Assembly (NCBI GenBank): GCA_963676515.1
Contig: OY781061.1
Location: 386,890 to 450,889 of the forward strand
Direction of reading: 5' to 3'
DNA: 64,000 nt
Source: Candidatus Cloacimonadota bacterium
GTDB taxonomy: Bacteria > Cloacimonadota > Cloacimonadia > G963667145
Below the pieces are notes generated by a model that was given only the letters and a program-made list of their open reading frames with translations, did not search any database and was not told the origin of the DNA. Shown here piece by piece: positions 33,356-40,631 of this stretch. The translations under genes and the position numbers were made by a program. Every line of letters starts with the position of its first letter. The first letter of the stretch is position 1.

Positions 33356-34938
33356 AACTTTATCCTCAAAAAATCTAATCCCACTGTAAATCCTTTGGAT
33401 GCTTTGGTCGGGTCACTTCCGTAACTAACATACCGCACTCCCAGTTGCCATTTTAAATCAAGAGCTATCGCCGCAGAGAAATAAGGGTCTTCGTCTACGC
33501 CATATCTCAGCTCGATAGGCAAGCACTCAAAAGGGAAATAGTCCGCACCGACACTAAATCCTTGATCGTAAGCAACCACCGCCTTGCGATATTTACTCAC
33601 AAGATACATCGAGCCAAAAAGAGCCTCTCTGAAGATATTATAGCTGATGCCCACGCTGTACTCTGGGTCAAGCGTAACATTGAGATCTTCTAGCTCATAA
33701 GTCGTCTCCACATCTACTGTGTCCAGCTGTCCGTCTTTTTTGCTCACTACACGAGAAAGTTGCACCTTCTCCACATCGGAAAAGGTCAGCTTAGCAAAAA
33801 GGTCGTCAACACTCAAATAAGCTCGTCCTTCGTCCAGAAACAGCAAGCTGGGGAGTCCATCTACCATCACTCCGAGTCCCAAACCCATAGAGCTGTTAGT
33901 GCTCGCTCCGTTAAATTTCGATCTGGTGTACTCACACTCGACAGAGCTTTCCTCAGGAGTCGCACCCACTCTCTGGCTAAGTTTGTCTATCTTGGCGTAT
34001 CCTATCGAGTTGTAAATGTTCAGATTCAGCCCAAAATTTAAAGATGTCTTCCCAAAAACGAAGCTATTGGGGACGGCGTAAGCCAGCGAATTTTTGACAT
34101 AGGCGAGAACTTGCGTCCCTTCTCCCTTTTGGTCTGCCAGGAGCATCTCTTTGTCTTTGTCTTTTTCAGCCAATAAGAATTTGAGCCACTGCACACCCAA
34201 ATCTTTTATTTCAGCTTCCAAAATAAAATCGGAGTTTATTTGAAAATTCTCATACCCCACACTAAGCAAAGATTTCTTAAAAGCAAGAAAGATATCCCAA
34301 TTATTGGCACTCAAATCATCTTCCATTTGCGAGACAAATTCGTTTTCTTCGTACATCTTTATAAAATCTTCCCAAGCCAGTTCATCCTCTCTATAACTAA
34401 GAGTAAATCCTAGCGGAATAGAGAAATAAGAGGTTTCCCGACGAGCAATAGACGCTGGATTTTCGAGAAAAGATGCGTAATAGCCACTTTTCTTCGGCTT
34501 CTTTTCTATCTGCGGTTTTGCTTCCGCCTCTTCTTTGAAATCTATGACTTTTTTGATAAATTCCCGCTCGTCCACTGTGTCTTTTGCAGGCAAAGGACTA
34601 AACTCTTTTAGCTCCAGATTCTCACTTTTTTGCCCAGCGGTGTCCACTGGTTCTTCCAGCTCTTCTGCTAAATCTTCATTTGCAGAGGTGTCTGACTCCT
34701 CTTGCACAAGAGTATCTAGAGTATCCACCGGTAAACTCTCAGAAGGCAAACTTTCCAAAGGCAAAGCCTCTAAAGGCAAAGTTTCCAAAGGTAAATCCTC
34801 CAAGGGCAAGGTTTCCAGAGGCAATGCCTCCAAGGGTAACTCTTCTAGCTGTAATATCTCCAAACTGTCCTCAGCAAAAAGGCTCGTAGAGACGACAATC
34901 GTCACTCCGACCAGAAATAGCCAAGATTTGAAATTCAT
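33352..34938 (-). CDS. Secreted protein with N-terminal acidic (LPLEx)n repeat tract and C-terminal OMP-like domain, paralogous to 29002-30204
   Basis: Signal peptide MNFKSWLFLVGVTIVVSTSLFA; seven LPLE[ATDS] pentapeptides; C-terminus ...FTVGLDFLRIKF. Confidence 0.5.
   Translation of the reverse strand: MNFKSWLFLVGVTIVVSTSLFAEDSLEILQLEELPLEALPLETLPLEDLPLETLPLEALPLESLPSESLPVDTLDTLVQEESDTSANEDLAEELEEPVDTAGQKSENLELKEFSPLPAKDTVDEREFIKKVIDFKEEAEAKPQIEKKPKKSGYYASFLENPASIARRETSYFSIPLGFTLSYREDELAWEDFIKMYEENEFVSQMEDDLSANNWDIFLAFKKSLLSVGYENFQINSDFILEAEIKDLGVQWLKFLLAEKDKDKEMLLADQKGEGTQVLAYVKNSLAYAVPNSFVFGKTSLNFGLNLNIYNSIGYAKIDKLSQRVGATPEESSVECEYTRSKFNGASTNSSMGLGLGVMVDGLPSLLFLDEGRAYLSVDDLFAKLTFSDVEKVQLSRVVSKKDGQLDTVDVETTYELEDLNVTLDPEYSVGISYNIFREALFGSMYLVSKYRKAVVAYDQGFSVGADYFPFECLPIELRYGVDEDPYFSAAIALDLKWQLGVRYVSYGSDPTKASKGFTVGLDFLRIKF
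34742..34850. repeat. In-frame 15-bp tandem repeat (about 7 units) encoding LPLEx pentapeptides
   Basis: aggcaaactttccaa/aggcaaagcctctaa/aggcaaagtttccaa/aggtaaatcctccaa/gggcaaggtttccag/aggcaatgcctccaa units on the + strand. Confidence 0.8.
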
Positions 34939-34939
34939 C

Positions 34940-36832
34940 CTAGACCAAAATTCCTTTTAGCTCGTCCAACTGAAAACTACCAATATCTCCTTTGGTGTGT
35001 TTCCTTACAGACACTGTGCCAGCCAATTGCTCTTTTTCCCCACAGATAATCATATAAGGAATTTTATCGTTCTCTGCCAGCCTTATTTTGTAGCCTACCC
35101 CTTGGTCTTCATCACTTATCGCCACTCTATAACCTTGCTCCAACAAAGCCTCTTTCACCTTGCTGGCATACTGCAAATATTGGTCGGAAATCGGTATAAT
35201 CCGCACCTGCTCTGGAGATAGCCACATCGGCAGGTTGCCTCCGTGATATTCCAAAAGGGTGGCAAAAAATCTCTCCAAAGATCCAAGCAAAGCTCGATGA
35301 ATCATATAGGGACGGTGCGTGGTGTTGTCTTTGCCCACATACTCCATATTAAATCTGGTCGGCAGATTAAAATCAAACTGAATGGTGCTACATTGCCACG
35401 ACCTGCCCAAGGCATCTTTTATCTTGATGTCGATTTTTGGTCCATAAAAAGCTCCGCCACCTTCGTCCACTTGGAAGTCAAGTTTAAGTTCGTGCAAAGC
35501 CATTTCCAAAGAGTTCTCCGCTTTTTCCCAATCTTCTTGCTCTCCGACATACTTTTCTGTAGGCTTGGTAGAGAGATATATTTCTAACTCTTTGAACCCA
35601 AAAGATTGTAACATAAAAATCGAAAATTCCACCGTCTTCTTCACCTCTGCATCGATTTGCTCTTTCGTGCAGATAATGTGTGCATCGTCCTGGGTGAAGC
35701 CCCGCACACGCATGAGACCGTGCAAAGTTCCTGCTCTCTCGTAGCGATAGACATTGCCCATCTCGGCATAACGCACAGGCAACTGGCGGTAACTCTTTTT
35801 ACTATTATTGTATATCTCGATGTGAAAAGGGCAATTCATCGGCTTGAGGTAATAGTTTTGCTCATCGATGTTCAAAGGAGCGTACATACTCTCGTCGTAA
35901 AAGCCCAGATGACCCGAAGTTTCCCAGAGTTCTGCTTTGCCGATGTGCGGAGTGTTGACCAAGCTGTAACCGTTTTTCAAGTGTTGCTCTTTCCAAAAGT
36001 TCTCGATAAAATTCCGAATCAGTGCACCTTTGGGATGCCAAAGCACCAAGCCAGCACCAATCTTGCCCGAAAAAGAAAAAAGGTCGAGCTGCTTGCCCAG
36101 CAAGCGATGGTCTCTTTTTTTTGCTTCTTCTAGGTTCTCCAAATACTGATTAAGCTCTTTGTTCGAAGGAAAGCTAATGCCATAAATCCTTTTGAGCATT
36201 TTGTTGCGTTCATCTCCACGCCAATAAGCTCCCGAAGTCTTGAGCAGCTTGATCGCTTTAATCCCGCCTGTATCGGGCAGATGCGGACCTCGGCACAAGT
36301 CGGTAAAGTCGCCCTGCGTGTACATCGAGATGACCTGATCATCGCCAATAGCTTCCAATAACTCCACCTTGTACTGCTCGCCTTGCTTTTGGAAAAAATC
36401 CAAAGCCTCGTGCCTAGAGACCACCTTGCGAAGATAAACTAACTTCTTTTTGGAAAGCTCTTTCATCTTCTGTGTAATCTGCTCCAGCTCTTGCTCCGTA
36501 AAAGATTCTTCCCTCTCAAAATCATAGTAAAAGCCGTTGTCTATGGCAGGCCCTATCGCAACTTTAATATCTGGAAATAGCTCCTTCACCGCCTGAGCCA
36601 ACAGGTGTGCCGTAGAATGCCAATAAACATTCTTGCCCTCTTTGCTCTCGAACTTCACAAGCTCCAAGCGGCAATCTTTTTGCAGCGGCTCATTTGCTCC
36701 CACCATCTCACCATCCACTTTGGCAGCCACCACGGATCTAGCCAACCCTCCAGAGATGCTAAACGCGACCTCTAGAGCGGTTGTCCCATTTTCAAACTCT
36801 TTTTGAGCACCATCAGGAAAAGTTATCAGCAT
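34940..36832 (-). CDS. thrS: Threonine--tRNA ligase
   Basis: N-terminal TGS domain, class II aaRS motifs, 630 aa; SD AGGAG upstream. Confidence 0.95.
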   Translation of the reverse strand: MLITFPDGAQKEFENGTTALEVAFSISGGLARSVVAAKVDGEMVGANEPLQKDCRLELVKFESKEGKNVYWHSTAHLLAQAVKELFPDIKVAIGPAIDNGFYYDFEREESFTEQELEQITQKMKELSKKKLVYLRKVVSRHEALDFFQKQGEQYKVELLEAIGDDQVISMYTQGDFTDLCRGPHLPDTGGIKAIKLLKTSGAYWRGDERNKMLKRIYGISFPSNKELNQYLENLEEAKKRDHRLLGKQLDLFSFSGKIGAGLVLWHPKGALIRNFIENFWKEQHLKNGYSLVNTPHIGKAELWETSGHLGFYDESMYAPLNIDEQNYYLKPMNCPFHIEIYNNSKKSYRQLPVRYAEMGNVYRYERAGTLHGLMRVRGFTQDDAHIICTKEQIDAEVKKTVEFSIFMLQSFGFKELEIYLSTKPTEKYVGEQEDWEKAENSLEMALHELKLDFQVDEGGGAFYGPKIDIKIKDALGRSWQCSTIQFDFNLPTRFNMEYVGKDNTTHRPYMIHRALLGSLERFFATLLEYHGGNLPMWLSPEQVRIIPISDQYLQYASKVKEALLEQGYRVAISDEDQGVGYKIRLAENDKIPYMIICGEKEQLAGTVSVRKHTKGDIGSFQLDELKGILV

Positions 36833-36858
36833 TTTCGTTTACACTCCTGTTTTACTTT

Positions 36859-37092
36859 TTAAGCTTCGCTCTTAACTTCTGCAGACTCAGTAGCTTCTTT
36901 TTTTGGCTCAGCGAACTTTTTGTTTCGGCAATTCTTGCAAACTTTCAAAGTTTCTTCACCTTTTTTTACTTCATAAACTAATTTAATCGCTGTTCTGCCA
37001 CACACTGGGCATACGCCTCTACCTCTACCTGGTACTTCTCTGAGACCTGCACCTCTATTGTTTTTTGACATTGTTATTCTCCTTATATACAA
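36859..37092 (-). CDS. 77-aa basic zinc-ribbon protein (CPVC...CKNC)
   Basis: GRGRGVCPVCGRTAIKLVYEVKKGEETLKVCKNCRNKKF; located between era and thrS. Confidence 0.45.
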   Translation of the reverse strand: MYIRRITMSKNNRGAGLREVPGRGRGVCPVCGRTAIKLVYEVKKGEETLKVCKNCRNKKFAEPKKEATESAEVKSEA

Positions 37093-37219
37093 TAAATTAT
37101 GGTTTTTCTTAAAAAAATAAAAATATTTGATTTTTACTCTAACTAACTAAAATAGAACACTATAAAATAAATCTTTGTTGCAAAGGAAGTTAGTCAAGAG
37201 TTTTTTGTAAAATTCTGAC

Positions 37220-38086
37220 TCAGTATCCAAACTCGGTCAAAGCGTTTTTCTTTTTCTTCCAGTCAGCTTTTATCTTCACCCAGAGGTTGAGTTTCACTCG
37301 TTTACCCACAAGACGGTAAATTTGCTTTTGGGCTTCGTAACGAACTTTCGCCAATCCTTCACCGTTTGTGCCGATTAAGATGATCTTTTGCGATTTCCGC
37401 TCTACCCAGATGTTAGCAAATATCTCCACCTTGTTTGGATGCTCGACATAGTTCTCCACCGTAACCGCACAGGAGTAAGGAATTTCCGCCTGATAGTTCT
37501 CGAAAACCTGCTCCCGTATCAGCTCAGCGGCTATGAAACGCATCGGCAAATCGGTGAGAAACTCTGGATCGTAAAACTGCGTAGAGTGAGGCATATACGG
37601 TCTAAATATCTCCGCCAGAGATTGATAACTGTCTTGTAAAGCACTTATTTGCTTCACCTCCTGAAAGGTGCCCGGTGGTATCTCTAGCTCAGCTATCTCG
37701 TCTTGATGCAGATCTTTTTTATTGAAAATCAACAACTTTGGTACATTGTACTTCCCTATCAAGCTGATCATCTGTTTGTCATAATCAGAAGGAAATCCGG
37801 GAACACAAGAAACCAAAACTATTAAGTCTGCCTTTTTGAGTCCCTCGTCTATGTAGCCCAAAAGTTTGCTATGCAACTCATAGCGTGGCTCGACAAATCC
37901 TGGTGTGTCCAAAAAAACAATTTGTGTTTGCTCATCGCTGTAAATCCCTTTGATGCTTTGCCTGGTGGTCTGTGGCTTTGCCGAAGTTATAGAGATTTTA
38001 GACCCCAAAATCTTGTTCATTATCGTAGATTTACCCACATTTGGTTTGCCCACTATCGCCACAAATCCGCTTTTGTATTCACTCAT
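37220..38086 (-). CDS. era: GTPase Era
   Basis: GFVAIVGKPNVGKSTIMNKILGSKISITSAKPQTTR nearly identical in pattern to E. coli Era; C-terminal KH domain. Confidence 0.95.
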   Translation of the reverse strand: MSEYKSGFVAIVGKPNVGKSTIMNKILGSKISITSAKPQTTRQSIKGIYSDEQTQIVFLDTPGFVEPRYELHSKLLGYIDEGLKKADLIVLVSCVPGFPSDYDKQMISLIGKYNVPKLLIFNKKDLHQDEIAELEIPPGTFQEVKQISALQDSYQSLAEIFRPYMPHSTQFYDPEFLTDLPMRFIAAELIREQVFENYQAEIPYSCAVTVENYVEHPNKVEIFANIWVERKSQKIILIGTNGEGLAKVRYEAQKQIYRLVGKRVKLNLWVKIKADWKKKKNALTEFGY

Positions 38087-38098
38087 TTTAATTTTTAC

Positions 38099-40213
38099 TC
38101 ATTTTAATATATAAATAATTTTATTCGCGTAGTTGATTCTCAAATAAAAGAAAAATCCTACACCCAGCAAAATAATCTGCACTATCAAGAAAAGCAAAGA
38201 GATTTTGCTCGCTACATTTTCCAAAACAGGGATGTACTCTAAGGAGATGTTATGCAACCCTGGCTTCAGATAAAATCCTTGCAAGATTTCGTTTACCTTG
38301 TATATTTTTACACCATCGTCTTGATCGAAGGCATACCAATCTTGGGAGAAATTATTGCTAAAAACAACAAATGATGGCGTATCTGTAAAAACTCTTAAAG
38401 TTATTTTATCGTTGTCATCTGTGATAATTTTGGCACTGTATTTTTGTGGTCTTTCCACCTGAGTCGGCAAAGATTGATCCAAAATTGCCACGCTGAAAGG
38501 GTCAAAACTTGTGTTATTTATCGCCTTGTACACCGACTCTTTATTTTCCAAAACGACAACATCGTCCACAAACCAGAGTTTCCCACGGTAGTTGTTGTTT
38601 TCGTAGATAGTTATTTTCGTCTTCGGATCGTAATCGACATAAGCAAGCTCATCCACCTTGATGGGAGCATCTTTTCGCAAGACATACCTTACTGCCAGCA
38701 TATCTACCACATTCCAGTTAATCGGTAAATCTCCATTGAGCTCGAACTCCAAGCAGTTTTGCAAAAGTAACCGATAATCCCGAAGCACCACGCTTGAAGT
38801 GCCTCCTATAGTCGCATACTCAGCTCCTAGCCGATTGTCGAAGAGCAAGCTCTCCAGCGGGTAAATGCGGTAATCTTGCTTGTCTTGATCCAGCGATTTG
38901 TCTAGTGATTTATAATGCGAATTACTCTCTACTGGATACTGACTCCGATGATGGCTTCCTGCTACGAAAAACATCGAAAAGAAAAGGGCAAAAAGGAGGA
39001 ACAAGAACAGAGAGTGATTTTTGAAACTACGCCTATAAGAAAGCAAAATAAAAAAAGCTACGCAAAAAAATATCTGAAGCAAAATAAAGAAAACATCAAA
39101 ACTGACAGAGCCAAATCGCAAAAACAAGATGAAAAACAAAAGCACGCCCAAAATCAAAAACACGAAATAAGTTCTTCCCTTTTCTATCCAGAGAATCCTC
39201 CGCATCTTTAGGACTCGCTCAAGCCCAATACCAAACAAAACAAAAAGCAGCGTAACGCTGATGCCGTATGATAAGAAAGGATTTTTCACCAGCCAAGCTC
39301 CTGGTAAAAATTTCACGAAAACAGGAAAGCAGGTGAAAAACAGAAAGAAAACAACATACCGATAATTTTTCGCAGACCCAATGATAGCAAAAGCCGAGAT
39401 TGCCAATGCAGTCAAGATGTTCGCTTTGGACTGAAAAAATCTAGCAATCTGCTCTAACTGCAAAGAGTAGTCGTGAGCATAGCTAAACTCACCCAAGAGC
39501 CGTACAAAGCTGAAAAGTGGCTGAGCCGCAGCTAATGTCGCGAGGATTACTCCGCAAAAAATAAGCAAAACAAGCTTGGCGTAAGAGAAAATTTCCCGAT
39601 GGTAAAGGTACTCCCAAAAAAGAAAAAAAAGCGAAAAAAAGAGTGCCGAGAGAGAAAGCCAAAAAGTTTGCGGGTCACAAACGCGAAATAAAGCGGTAAT
39701 CACCACTACAAACCAAGCAAAAGCCCAAAGGGAGTAGTGAAATTTTAGGTAAATTATGGAGAAAACCAGCCATGGTATGAGGGCAAAATAAGAGAGCAAA
39801 GCAAAATCTGGCGAGGCGTCTAGATATTGCCAAAAAGGAAACACCAACCAAACTCCTGCACAAAGAGCTGCTATCCACGGGCAGACACCTTTGCCGTAAT
39901 GCAAGACAGCGTAAACACCACAAGCTCCTGCCCATAAAGTAAGACAAGAAGAGGCTAGAAGAGAGTCGAAATATATGTTGCTTTTTACAGCAGAAGCCAG
40001 TAGTGAAGGCACTCCTGCGAAGAAATGATTATTGTAAAGACTCCCTAGTGAGCCTTGCAAAAATAGAAGATGCTGCTGCTTGCCAAAAGAGTCACGATAG
40101 ATTCCCAAAATTTTCATAGAGAAAAAATAGAGCAACGACAATATTAGCAAAAAAGCTATCGGCCAGAAATTTTTTTTCACTGCTTGCCGAAAGTTTAACC
40201 ATGGATGCGTCAT
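38099..40213 (-). CDS. YfhO-family polytopic membrane protein (putative glycosyltransferase of envelope polymers)
   Basis: About 13 N-terminal TM helices, large extracytoplasmic C-terminal domain with W-x-a-x-DG...K-x-Y-K-V-N...G-x-H-x-I-x-x-x-Y-x-P pattern and a final TM anchor. Confidence 0.5.
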   Translation of the reverse strand: MTHPWLNFRQAVKKNFWPIAFLLILSLLYFFSMKILGIYRDSFGKQQHLLFLQGSLGSLYNNHFFAGVPSLLASAVKSNIYFDSLLASSCLTLWAGACGVYAVLHYGKGVCPWIAALCAGVWLVFPFWQYLDASPDFALLSYFALIPWLVFSIIYLKFHYSLWAFAWFVVVITALFRVCDPQTFWLSLSALFFSLFFLFWEYLYHREIFSYAKLVLLIFCGVILATLAAAQPLFSFVRLLGEFSYAHDYSLQLEQIARFFQSKANILTALAISAFAIIGSAKNYRYVVFFLFFTCFPVFVKFLPGAWLVKNPFLSYGISVTLLFVLFGIGLERVLKMRRILWIEKGRTYFVFLILGVLLFFILFLRFGSVSFDVFFILLQIFFCVAFFILLSYRRSFKNHSLFLFLLFALFFSMFFVAGSHHRSQYPVESNSHYKSLDKSLDQDKQDYRIYPLESLLFDNRLGAEYATIGGTSSVVLRDYRLLLQNCLEFELNGDLPINWNVVDMLAVRYVLRKDAPIKVDELAYVDYDPKTKITIYENNNYRGKLWFVDDVVVLENKESVYKAINNTSFDPFSVAILDQSLPTQVERPQKYSAKIITDDNDKITLRVFTDTPSFVVFSNNFSQDWYAFDQDDGVKIYKVNEILQGFYLKPGLHNISLEYIPVLENVASKISLLFLIVQIILLGVGFFFYLRINYANKIIYILK

Positions 40214-40389
40214 AGATTTATCCTTTTTATAATTATCTCCGTCCTGTTTTTTTTCAGCTCAAAAGTCTCACCGAGAAATTCAAAGTTCCCCTCAGGCTGT
40301 TTACCCCAGCTTTTCAACTGTCTATAGAGCAAAAATCCTTTGGTTATCTCTTCGAGAGTCACGCAATTTTTGAACTTAATATTTTTCAT
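40210..40389 (-). CDS. Putative 59-aa upstream ORF translationally coupled (ATGA) to the YfhO-family gene
   Basis: MKNIKFKNCVTLEEITKGFLLYRQLKSWGKQPEGNFEFLGETFELKKNRTEIIIKRINL; below the 60-aa cutoff of the track; weak RBS. Confidence 0.25.
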   Translation of the reverse strand: MKNIKFKNCVTLEEITKGFLLYRQLKSWGKQPEGNFEFLGETFELKKNRTEIIIKRINL

Positions 40390-40502
40390 CTATTTTTATA
40401 TCCATCTCATCACTAGTTTTTTAGTAAAGCTGAGTCTGTCCATAATAAACAACAAAAAAATTGACACTCATCAGCTAGCATAAATTTTGTCAGAAATAAG
40501 TA

Positions 40503-40600
40503 GCAGGCAACTTAGATAGTTACTGTTTGGCGAATCATGTCAGGTCCGAAAGGAAGCAGCATTAAACCGAATTAGTTTCGTATTTATGTTTGTCTGCTCT
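40503..40600 (+). ncRNA. ffs: Signal recognition particle RNA (small/4.5S type)
   Basis: Domain IV core CATGTCAGGTCCGAAAGGAAGCAGC matches the universal GUCAGGUCCGGAAGGAAGCAGC motif; ends GCAGGCAA/TTGTCTGC are complementary; TTGACA promoter-like hexamer about 35 nt upstream; U-rich tail. Confidence 0.75.
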
Positions 40601-40631
40601 TTTAATAATAAACAAAGGTCTACCCAGAAAA

